A stretch of 64,000 bases of DNA from Candidatus Marinacidobacterales bacterium (lineage in GTDB: Bacteria > Acidobacteriota > Vicinamibacteria > Marinacidobacterales > SMYC01): positions 128,001 to 192,000 of the forward strand of contig CBDCYI010000009.1 of NCBI GenBank assembly GCA_965224085.1. The letters run 5' to 3'. Both the position numbers and the translations under genes were made by a program. The notes under the pieces are model-generated. The model was not told the origin of the DNA, made no database searches, and was given only the letters and a program-made list of their open reading frames with translations. Numbering within the stretch: position 1 is the first letter of the stretch; the number at the start of each line of letters is the position of its first letter. Positions 1 to 8,659 of this stretch are shown piece after piece.

Positions 1-1
1 C

Positions 2-811
2 ACCTATCCCGGCAAGGACGGGGTCCCCATCCGGGCGCAGCTCTTCGTGCCGCCGGATCTCGACCGCAACGCCAGCTACCCCGCCATCGTCCATGTCCAC
101 CAGGCGGCCATCTATCAAGAGGTCTACCTCGGCCCCGGACCACACAAGGACAACGTCTGCTGGTACGGCTGGCACCAGCGGCTCGCCCAGAGGGGCTACG
201 TAGTCCTGAACGTGGACTTCCGCGGCAGCTACGGCTACGGGAGAGACTTCCGCACCGGCAATTACCTGAAGATCGGCGTCGACGACGCCGAGGACATCGT
301 TCGCGGCGTCGAATATCTGGGGAGCCTCGGCTACGTGGACACCGAACGGCTCGGTGTCTACGGGATGAGCTATGGCGGGCACATGGTCCTCAACCTTCTT
401 TCGAAGTACCCCGACCTCTTCCAAGCCGGGATCAACATCGCCGGCGTCTTCGATTTCCTGATGGAGCTCGGGCCCTGGGCCGTACGCAACGGCTGGATGT
501 ACCAGCGGCTGGGAACGCCGGAGGACAACCCCGAGGCCTATCACAACGCGTCCGCCATCAACTTCATCGACCGGTTGAAGGCGCCCGTACTGACGCTCCA
601 GGGGACGAACGACACCAACGTGACCCTGCTCCAGTCGATCAAGCTCGTGGACGAGCTCCTCCGCCGCGGCAAGCGCTTCGAGTTCGGGCTCTATCCAGGG
701 GAGGTGCATTTCTTCGGGCAGCGGCAGAGCTGGGTCGACGCCTTCGGCAAGATGGAGCGCTTCTTCGACCATCATCTGCGCGACCGTGTCACCACAGCGA
801 CCGGTTTCTGA
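2..811 (+). CDS. S9 family peptidase (prolyl oligopeptidase/dipeptidyl aminopeptidase), 5' end outside the window
   Basis: Frame is open from base 2 (TYPGKDGVPIRAQLF). Motifs DFRGSYGYG, GMSYGG (Ser), GTNDTNV (Asp) and YPGEVH (His). Confidence 0.9.
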   Translation, partial: TYPGKDGVPIRAQLFVPPDLDRNASYPAIVHVHQAAIYQEVYLGPGPHKDNVCWYGWHQRLAQRGYVVLNVDFRGSYGYGRDFRTGNYLKIGVDDAEDIVRGVEYLGSLGYVDTERLGVYGMSYGGHMVLNLLSKYPDLFQAGINIAGVFDFLMELGPWAVRNGWMYQRLGTPEDNPEAYHNASAINFIDRLKAPVLTLQGTNDTNVTLLQSIKLVDELLRRGKRFEFGLYPGEVHFFGQRQSWVDAFGKMERFFDHHLRDRVTTATGF

Positions 812-952
812 CATGGCTCGTCCCTCGCCTGTTCCCTATCGCCGCCGACCCGGTGACCACATCGACGTCCGGCACCGCCTGACCCGGCCGAAGGTCTTCG
901 TAATCGTGAGATCGGCACCACCCATCCGTTCCTCTCCCAAGGAGGTGAGGCT

Positions 953-2740
953 ATGAAACGTCTTCCTTTGCAGGCCATCGGCCTGTTGCTTGCCCTCGTC
1001 ACCTTCCCCGCTCTTTGCTTCCCGGCGCAACGCTCTGGCGAAGCGCTCAATCCCCAGTTCGAGGAGCTGGTCGAGCGCTACCTGCGCGACGTGCGGGGTA
1101 TCGGGGGAGGCGAGCCGGACGCGATGAGCGCCGAGAGCTTCGCCCGGAAGCTCGACGTACGACGGCGTCTGCTGACGGAGCTCCATGCCATCGATCGTAA
1201 CGGTTTGAGCTTCGAGCAGGATATCGACTACCGCTTCCTGCAGAGCATTCTGCGCTCCGATATCCTCTGGGGGGAACGGGTCAAGCGCTGGCAGCAGGAC
1301 CCACGCGACTACATGCGCACCCGTACACTCAGCTACCTGGTCGAGGTCGACCCGAGACCGGCGGAGGCGCGGGCGGCGGATCTCGTCGCGGAACTGAAGC
1401 TTTTCCGCGAGCGCCTCGCCAATGGCAAGAAGAACCTGAATCAGCACATCCCTCGCTGGGTCGAACTCGCCCATGCCATGCTTAAAGGCACGCTCACCAT
1501 TCTGGACACGGATCTGCCGGCTTTCGCCGAGCGGCTGTCCGAGGGATCCCTCGCTTCGGTAATGGGTGAGGGCGACAAGACGCTGGCGGCGCTCAGGGAT
1601 TTCGACGGCTTCCTGACGAGAGAGCTGCCTCGGAAACTAGCGGGGGACTGGAAAATTGGCGCCGAGCTCTACAACCAGCTGCACGCCATCAAGTACATGT
1701 TCGCCCCGGACGACATTCATCTGCGGCGCATCGCCCGCGGGATGCCCGAGTTTACGCGCGTGCCCGCCTATCACGACTGGGGCCGCAAGCAATTCGATAT
1801 CGTCGAGCGGCAGATCGAGGTCAAGGCGAAGCAGATCGATCCGACCCGCACCTGGCTCCAGATCATCCGCGATATGAAAGAGGACCACCCCGCCGCCGAG
1901 CAGCTCGTGTTCGCGCACTTGGAGGCCACCCGAAAGACGCGGGAATGGGTGATCGAGAAGGACCTGGTCACCATTCCCTGGACGGACGACGACGCCATCA
2001 TGCAGGCGGCGCCGCCCAGCCTGTGGAGCGAACAGTGGTGGGGCTTCGGTCCCGGGGTGCCGGCCGGCTCCAAATCGCGAAAGTCGGCTTGGACCATCAT
2101 TCCGGTGGATCCCGACTGGCCGGACGAGGTGGCGGAAGAGAACCTTTCGGAAAAGGACTGGAGCTTCATGTACGCCATCGCTACGCACGAGGTCTATCCC
2201 GGCCATCACCTGCAACGGCTCTACGCCAACGAGAACCCGCGGCGACTGAGGGTCTACGAGAGCAGCTACTCCAACCAGGCCTGGTGCTACTACATCGAGT
2301 GGGAGCTGACGCCGAGCTACGGCTTCTATCCCGAGGACAAACAAGAGTTCTACACGCTCGAGATGTTGCGGTTGAAGCTCTGGCGCATGGGGCGGGTGAT
2401 CATCGACTCGGGCCTCCACACTGGCCGGTTGAGCTATGACGACGCGGTGAAACTGGAAACGGATCGGATCGGCTTCGTGCGGCGGGGCGGTCGGTTCAAC
2501 ATCGACGGTATCACCAAAGGAGGAAGCGGCACCGCCGCTCCGACCCTCGGCTACTTCGAGTGGATGCTGTTACGGGAGGAGTACTTCAAGAAAATGCGGG
2601 AGCTCGATCAGAAAGGAACCCTGAAGGACTTTCACGATCGCGTCTACAAGATCGGTTTTCTTCCGGTGACCCTGGTGCGCGAATCGCTCTTTCACGAGCT
2701 CGAGACAGAGTTTGGCCACACACCGGCGACGAACGACTGA
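953..2740 (+). CDS. DUF885 family secreted putative metallopeptidase
   Basis: RBS AAGGAGGT, signal peptide, HEVYPGHH, LWRMGRVIIDSGLH, FHDRV C-terminus. Confidence 0.85.
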   Translation: MKRLPLQAIGLLLALVTFPALCFPAQRSGEALNPQFEELVERYLRDVRGIGGGEPDAMSAESFARKLDVRRRLLTELHAIDRNGLSFEQDIDYRFLQSILRSDILWGERVKRWQQDPRDYMRTRTLSYLVEVDPRPAEARAADLVAELKLFRERLANGKKNLNQHIPRWVELAHAMLKGTLTILDTDLPAFAERLSEGSLASVMGEGDKTLAALRDFDGFLTRELPRKLAGDWKIGAELYNQLHAIKYMFAPDDIHLRRIARGMPEFTRVPAYHDWGRKQFDIVERQIEVKAKQIDPTRTWLQIIRDMKEDHPAAEQLVFAHLEATRKTREWVIEKDLVTIPWTDDDAIMQAAPPSLWSEQWWGFGPGVPAGSKSRKSAWTIIPVDPDWPDEVAEENLSEKDWSFMYAIATHEVYPGHHLQRLYANENPRRLRVYESSYSNQAWCYYIEWELTPSYGFYPEDKQEFYTLEMLRLKLWRMGRVIIDSGLHTGRLSYDDAVKLETDRIGFVRRGGRFNIDGITKGGSGTAAPTLGYFEWMLLREEYFKKMRELDQKGTLKDFHDRVYKIGFLPVTLVRESLFHELETEFGHTPATND

Positions 2741-2755
2741 CAGGGAGACGACTCG

Positions 2756-4255
2756 ATGAAAAGAGGAATGGCCGCGCCCCTGGCAGGCCTGCTGCTTGCC
2801 GTGGCGACGCTCGCGTTGACGAACGAAGACAGCCCTGGCTCCAACTGGACGGAGCATGGGTTCAACCTCGAGAACCACGCCTACAACTTCCGCGAGACGG
2901 CGATTCGCGCGTCGACCGTCCACCGGCTGGAGACAAAATGGTCGTTTCCGGTGAACGAGATGGTGCCCACGACGCCGGCGGTGGTGGACGGCATCGTGTA
3001 TTTCGGCACGTGGGGAGGCATTTTCTACGCACTGGAGGTCGGGACGGGTCGCGAGGTCTGGAGATTCAATGCACGGGAGCGGGTTGGCGAGCAGAGCGCC
3101 TGGAAAGAGCGCGGCATCGGGATACGCGGTGGCATCACGGTCCACGGCGGCCGCGTGTACTTCGGGGATACCGCCGGTTACCTGATGGTCGCAGATGCCA
3201 GAACGGGAGAGCTCATCTGGCGCAAACGACTCGAAGACCATCCACACACGCGCATCTTCTCCGCAGCGAAGATCCACGACGAGCGGCTCTACATCGGCGT
3301 CTCGTCGCTCGAAGAGTCCGCCATCCGCGTCGACGCGAGCTACAACGGCTACACGTTTCGCGGCAGTGTCGTTTGCCTCGAAGTCGAGACCGGTCGCGAG
3401 ATCTGGCGCTTCTACACCATCCCCAAAGAGCCGTACCAGATCGGTACCAAAGAGAGTGGCCGCCCCGTGTACGGCCCGGCCGGTGCTGCCATCTGGGCGA
3501 CGCCGACCCTCGATGTGGCACGCGGGAGCGTCTATGTCGCGACCGGAAACGGCTACAGCGGCCCCGAGGAGTACCTCGGTTACACGGAGGCCGTCATCGC
3601 CCTCGACATCGAGACCGGAAAGCCGCGCTGGCACTACCAGGCCGAGCCGGGCGCTTCGGACATCTACACCAACGAGCGGCTCGCCGGCGATGATGAGGGC
3701 CCCGATCTCGATTTCGGCTCCAGCACCATCCTGTTCGGTGGGGCAGACGGAAACCGTTGGCTCGCGGCGGGTCAGAAAAGCGGATGGATGTACCTGCTGG
3801 ATCCCGGGACGGGCGAAAAGATCTGGGAGACGAAGGTCGGTGCGGGCGGCGGTCTCGGAGGCATCGAGTTCGGCTCGGCCACCGACGGCGAGCGCATCTT
3901 CTGCGCGATCGGCGCCGGTGAGGGAAACACGACGGCGCTCGACGCCAAGACGGGCAAGATTTTGTGGCAAACCTGGACCGTCACGGGAGTCAACCGCGCT
4001 CCGGTCACTCTGGCCGGACCCAGGCACGATCTAGTCGTCTTCGAAGGATCGACCGACGGTGTTTTACGCGCTTACGACGCCAAAGACGGTCGCATTCTCT
4101 GGGAGGACCGTCTGGGGAAGGGCATCGGTATCCAGGGCGGTGCGGTGGTGGCGAACGGGATGGTGTTCGTCGGCGCCGGCTACCATTCCGCTCTGGGCGG
4201 GGCCAGAAAGGGCGAGGGAAACGAGCTCCGAGCCTTCAGCCTCGACGGAAAGTGA
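2756..4255 (+). CDS. PQQ-binding beta-propeller protein (PVA-dehydrogenase-like)
   Basis: Signal peptide, repeated A.D..TG...W motifs, GAAIWATP, GPDLDFGSS, AGQKSG. Confidence 0.85.
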   Translation: MKRGMAAPLAGLLLAVATLALTNEDSPGSNWTEHGFNLENHAYNFRETAIRASTVHRLETKWSFPVNEMVPTTPAVVDGIVYFGTWGGIFYALEVGTGREVWRFNARERVGEQSAWKERGIGIRGGITVHGGRVYFGDTAGYLMVADARTGELIWRKRLEDHPHTRIFSAAKIHDERLYIGVSSLEESAIRVDASYNGYTFRGSVVCLEVETGREIWRFYTIPKEPYQIGTKESGRPVYGPAGAAIWATPTLDVARGSVYVATGNGYSGPEEYLGYTEAVIALDIETGKPRWHYQAEPGASDIYTNERLAGDDEGPDLDFGSSTILFGGADGNRWLAAGQKSGWMYLLDPGTGEKIWETKVGAGGGLGGIEFGSATDGERIFCAIGAGEGNTTALDAKTGKILWQTWTVTGVNRAPVTLAGPRHDLVVFEGSTDGVLRAYDAKDGRILWEDRLGKGIGIQGGAVVANGMVFVGAGYHSALGGARKGEGNELRAFSLDGK

Positions 4256-4315
4256 GCGAAGTACCCGGGTCTCAACGAAGAACCAGAATCACGAGGAGCG
4301 ATTCCAGCGCAAGAG

Positions 4316-4549
4316 GCTCGAAGCGCTCGCCCGATGAGCCCAGCGCTTCGTTACGCGTCGGTTCAGCGGGCGCCGACGATCCCCTTCACCGATTCCAGAA
4401 TCTTCGGTGCGTCGTAGCCGACGTCGTCTTTGAACACAATGGTGGTGTTGCGAATGTCGGCCGGGTTCGCGATCGGATCGCCCTTTAGGACCACCAGGTC
4501 GGCGAGCTTGCCTTCGGAGACGGATCCCAGTCGATCGTATTCGCCTAGG
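4316..4549 (-). repeat. 234-bp copy of the amidohydrolase 3' end and downstream hairpin (matches 28300-28533)
   Basis: Direct comparison by eye: same orientation, 3 mismatches; the copy ends at CTAGG. Confidence 0.95.
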
Positions 4550-4557
4550 TAGCCTGC

Positions 4558-4602
4558 CTAGTGCCGTTCCACTTTCTTGACCACACGGGGTTCGGACACT
4601 AG
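4558..4602. mobile_element. CTAG-bounded MITE remnant
   Basis: CTAGTGCCGTTCCAC...GGACACTAG; the left end matches the ends at 22757 and 36033-36049. Confidence 0.6.
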
Positions 4603-5498
4603 CTCCTGCTGAACGTCGCCTTGAGGATATAACCGGCAATGGCAGGATTCTTGCGCAGTCTCCGAAGCGAATACGGATACCAGTTGGGGCCGAACGAGAC
4701 CGACACTCGGAGACGGTGTCCCGCGTCCCGAATGATGCGTCGGAGCTGGAGGTCGACGCCGTGCAGCATCTTGAACTCGTACTGTGAGGGCTGGAGCCCG
4801 AGGCGCTCGATGATCCGGTACGCGGCCCAGACGAGCTGCTCGTCATGGGTGGCGATACCAACGTAGCAGCCGGCGCTCAAGAGCTCGTCCAGGAGCATCA
4901 CGTAGTTGTCTCTGATGATCTGCGGGTCCACGAAAGCGATCTCGCGAGGCTCGATGTAAATGCCTTTGCAAAGCCGCACGTTTGCCTTGACCTCCTGGAG
5001 CTTTCGCACATCGGCCAGGCTGCGCCGCATGCGTGACTGTATGACCACCCCGGTGTTGTCGAACTCCTCCCTCAGCCGAAAGTAGGTGTCGAGTGTGTCG
5101 TCGATGCACGAGGAGTCCTCCATGTCCATGCGCACGAAGTTCTTCCGTTCGCGCGCATGAGTGAGGATCTGGACCATGTTCTGGTAGCAGAACTCCTTGT
5201 CCAGCTTGAGCCCAAAGTGAGTGAGCTTGACGTGGATGTTGCTGTCGAGCTTCCTCTCCTCAATCTGGTCGAGGACTTGCTTGTAATCACGAACGGCTTC
5301 TTCCGACTCCTCCCGGCGGGTCACGAACTCGCCGAGAATGGCGGTAGTCACCATGAAGCCGTCGCGGTTGAGCTTCTCGGTCTCCCGTATCTGGTCCTCG
5401 AGCCTCTCTCCGGCGATGTAGGGCCGGGCAAAGACCCGGACCAGCGGCTTGGGAACGACGGGCAGCGAGGTCGCGACGAGCTTGTCGAGGGCACTCAT
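4599..5498 (-). CDS. Monofunctional proline dehydrogenase family protein with a variant active site
   Basis: YIAGE, LGE, VKLT, RMDMED, RLCKGIY, IATHD and YSLRR motifs. Confidence 0.9.
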   Translation of the reverse strand: MSALDKLVATSLPVVPKPLVRVFARPYIAGERLEDQIRETEKLNRDGFMVTTAILGEFVTRREESEEAVRDYKQVLDQIEERKLDSNIHVKLTHFGLKLDKEFCYQNMVQILTHARERKNFVRMDMEDSSCIDDTLDTYFRLREEFDNTGVVIQSRMRRSLADVRKLQEVKANVRLCKGIYIEPREIAFVDPQIIRDNYVMLLDELLSAGCYVGIATHDEQLVWAAYRIIERLGLQPSQYEFKMLHGVDLQLRRIIRDAGHRLRVSVSFGPNWYPYSLRRLRKNPAIAGYILKATFSRS

Positions 5499-5551
5499 GA
5501 CGAAAACCTCAATCCAGGTCGAGCCATTTCAGGATGCGGTAGCGTTGACCT

Positions 5552-6697
5552 CTACGGCCGGCTCATGATCTTCTCGATGATCTCGTCCGAGAGGATCATC
5601 GCCTCTTCCGAGAAGTCGCTGAAATAGCGCGCGGTATCCTGAAAATAGTCCGCGAACGCCAGCCGGTCCTCCTCGGAGAGTATAGTCGAGAGACGTATCG
5701 CCTGCTCGACGAAGCGTTCGCGGACAGTGCTGGAGAAGGGATTGCGCATAAGGATTTCCCGGTAGAGCTCGGGGCTTTGTGAGAAGAGCCGCCCCACCAT
5801 CGAGACCTCGAGACGGTAGATGGGACTCATGAAGGCAAGTGTCTCCTCGAGAGACAGTCCCGACTCGCTCAGTGCGCGGCCCATCACCATGGTGCCGAAG
5901 TGGGTCATCACTTGCACGATACCCATCATTCGATCGTGGGTCTCGGCGTCGGTGCGAATGAGCTCGGCTCCCATGCGCCCGAGCTCCGATTCCAGCCACC
6001 CCACCATCGGGCCGGGCGCGACCGGGCAGATCACGATCTTCTGGCGCCGGAACGAGCGGACCGTTGGCCCGAACATCGGGTGCATGCCGACACTCTCACC
6101 GGCGCCGTGCTCGGCGAGTGCCGCACAGACGCCCTTTTTCAGACTGTTGATGTCGCACAAGAGGGCGTCCGAGCGCACCCTTGGTCCGAGCGCGGCGGTG
6201 ACCGACTCCGCTTCGGCCATCGGCACCGCCAACATGACGATGTCGGCTCGCTCGACCCTTGGAGCATCGAGAGGCTCTCCCTTCTCGAGAACATCGACCG
6301 GGTGAGCACGTCTCTGAAAGGCCTTTTCGAAGAGGCGCCCCATCTTTCCGCGCCCGCCTACGATGAGCACTCGCCGGGTCTCCTCCGACACCCGAGCCGA
6401 TGCACTCTCTGTCTCGAGTTCTTCGTCCTCCTCCTGCAAGGTGTGCGACGCTTCGATGAGCACCGCCATGACCTCACGCACCACCGGTCTCGGCAAGCCC
6501 AGCTCGGCTCCGATGTCCTCGGCGCGCCGGAACACTGCGCGCTCCCGCGAGCGGTCGAAAGAATGCTTGCCCGATAAGCGCTTAGCTTTCCGAACTTCCG
6601 CGACGAGCCGCATCCGCTCCTTGATGAGGTCGAAGAGCGCGCGGTCGACCCGGTCGAGCTCGTTCCGGATCGTGTCGAGGGCTGGCTCCTCTTTCAT
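5552..6697 (-). CDS. tyrA: Bifunctional chorismate mutase / prephenate dehydrogenase
   Basis: N-terminal AroQ domain (IRNELDRVD, DRSRE), GGRGKMG, DINSLK, HPMFGP, HDRMM. Confidence 0.9.
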   Translation of the reverse strand: MKEEPALDTIRNELDRVDRALFDLIKERMRLVAEVRKAKRLSGKHSFDRSRERAVFRRAEDIGAELGLPRPVVREVMAVLIEASHTLQEEDEELETESASARVSEETRRVLIVGGRGKMGRLFEKAFQRRAHPVDVLEKGEPLDAPRVERADIVMLAVPMAEAESVTAALGPRVRSDALLCDINSLKKGVCAALAEHGAGESVGMHPMFGPTVRSFRRQKIVICPVAPGPMVGWLESELGRMGAELIRTDAETHDRMMGIVQVMTHFGTMVMGRALSESGLSLEETLAFMSPIYRLEVSMVGRLFSQSPELYREILMRNPFSSTVRERFVEQAIRLSTILSEEDRLAFADYFQDTARYFSDFSEEAMILSDEIIEKIMSRP

Positions 6698-6781
6698 CTC
6701 GAGGACTGTAGCACGCGCGCCGATCGATCAGCTGATCCTCTCCAGTGGATCCGCAACACGGCCAGTCGCCATGCCGGATTG

Positions 6782-6810
6782 TTGTACAGGCTTGCTTCCG
6801 GGAGTACAAT
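6782..6810 (+). promoter_or_regulatory. Sigma70-like promoter for the M28 gene
   Basis: TTGTAC-17 bp-TACAAT; the ends also form an inverted repeat TTGTAC/GTACAA. Confidence 0.5.
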
Positions 6811-6892
6811 CAAACGCTGATATCGGTACCAGGCGCTACGTCGGTGCCATTCGTCGGGACACGAGATCTGGACGTTACAGGAGAGTCGAGCG

Positions 6893-8578
6893 ATGCCGGT
6901 AAAAACGTCCATCCTTGTTTTCCTGAGTGCGGCAGTGGCCGTGCCGTTGCTCGCGCAGCCGGACGAGGCTCGCACCGGCTTCGACAGCATCCGGGCAGAT
7001 GCGCTGAAGGGCCACATCTACTTTCTCGCATCCGAGGAGCTGGGAGGGCGGCTCTCGCTGAGCTACCAGGCGCGCGTGGCCGCCAGCTACGTGGCGGCGG
7101 GCTTCTATCGTGCGGGGCTTACGCCGATGGGGAGTGGCAGCCGCTCGCCAGTGCTCGTCACTTACCGCGAATCGAGGAATCATCCTGGCGGCGTATCTTT
7201 TTTTCAAAGCTTCGAAATGGTCGATGCCGAGCTCGATCGGGAAGGCACGCGTCTCGGCGCGACGATCGCGACACCGTCCGGTGGCCTGCTCGAAAAAGAA
7301 TACGTGGCCGGTTCGGACTTTTTCGTTGGACGGCACTGGAACGGAAACGTCGAGGTGAGCGCCCCCGTTGCCTTCGCCGGCTACGGCGTCTCGGCACCCG
7401 AATACGCCTATGACGATTTCGAAGAGCTCGACGTGTCCGGGAAAGTCGTTTTGGTGCTCGCCATGGAACCGCAGCTCGACGATCCGGACAGTGCCTTTCT
7501 CGGAGCGTCGGAGACGATCCACGCCTACAACTTCTACAAGCACGAGGTGCTCAGGAAGCGCGGCGCCGCCGCCATCCTGATGGTGGGGCGCGATCGTCGC
7601 ACTCGTCCGACTCCCCGCGTGCCGAGTGGGCCCACCAGCACCGAGGCGATTCCGAACCGGCCCTCGCACACGCTCACGCCGCCCTACTACGGGATTCCAC
7701 TCTTCCGCGTAACCGAGCGTGTTGCCGACGAGCTGCTGGGACCTTCCGGCAAGACGCTTCGAGAGCTGCAATCGGAGATTGACGCCACCGGAAAGCCTCG
7801 CTCCATCGCGGTACCTGATGTTACGGTGCGCCTGGTCCGGCCACTGAGAGACCTGAAGCTGGTCTCTACCCGGAACGTCATCGGCGCACTCGAGGGATCC
7901 GATCCGGCGCTCAGAGACGAGTACGTGATCATCACCGCCCACTACGACCACTCCGGAGCGACAGACCAGGTTATCTTTCACGGCGCCGACGACAACGCCT
8001 CGGGAACGGCGGCGGTTATGGCTCTCGCCGAAGCGTTCGCCGCGAATCCGGCACGCCTGAAACGAAGCGTTTTGTTCCTCGCCTTCGATGCAGAGGAGAA
8101 CGGACTCCTGGGTGCGTTTCACTACGTCGAGAATCCGATCGTAGCTCTCGAGAAAACGGTCGCGGTTCTCAACATGGACATGATTGGCCGCAACGAGGAG
8201 TCCGCCACCTGGGTGAGTCGTGCCGCCGACACTGGAAACACCGTGAACCTCGTGGGAACACGCTACAGCGCCGATCTGCGGGCCGTCATCGAGAAGGCCA
8301 ATCGAGCCATTGGACTCTCTCTCGACGAGAAGACGGAGCGAGACGATCGAGAGAACTGGTTCGCACGTAGCGATCACTTCGCCTTCGCGACGCGTTCCAT
8401 CCCGATGGTTCTCTTCAGCACCGGGGAGCATCCCGACTACCACACGCCCAACGACACTTGGGATCGCATCGACTACCCCAAGCTCACCCGCATCGTGCGG
8501 TTGGTGTACCTGACGGCGTGGGAGCTGGCGAACGGCGCGAGCCGTCCACGGTTCGTCGCACGTCCAGTGAGCGAATGA
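6893..8578 (+). CDS. M28 family metallopeptidase with PA domain
   Basis: Signal peptide, TAHYDH, GADDNASG, AEENGLLG, NMDMIG, RSDH, HPDYH. Confidence 0.92.
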   Translation: MPVKTSILVFLSAAVAVPLLAQPDEARTGFDSIRADALKGHIYFLASEELGGRLSLSYQARVAASYVAAGFYRAGLTPMGSGSRSPVLVTYRESRNHPGGVSFFQSFEMVDAELDREGTRLGATIATPSGGLLEKEYVAGSDFFVGRHWNGNVEVSAPVAFAGYGVSAPEYAYDDFEELDVSGKVVLVLAMEPQLDDPDSAFLGASETIHAYNFYKHEVLRKRGAAAILMVGRDRRTRPTPRVPSGPTSTEAIPNRPSHTLTPPYYGIPLFRVTERVADELLGPSGKTLRELQSEIDATGKPRSIAVPDVTVRLVRPLRDLKLVSTRNVIGALEGSDPALRDEYVIITAHYDHSGATDQVIFHGADDNASGTAAVMALAEAFAANPARLKRSVLFLAFDAEENGLLGAFHYVENPIVALEKTVAVLNMDMIGRNEESATWVSRAADTGNTVNLVGTRYSADLRAVIEKANRAIGLSLDEKTERDDRENWFARSDHFAFATRSIPMVLFSTGEHPDYHTPNDTWDRIDYPKLTRIVRLVYLTAWELANGASRPRFVARPVSE

Positions 8579-8659
8579 CATCAAGAATTGTCTGGAGACG
8601 GAGCGAGTCGCTTTCAAGGAACGAACTTGCCCCGGACCTGATTGACGAGGGGGAATGAC

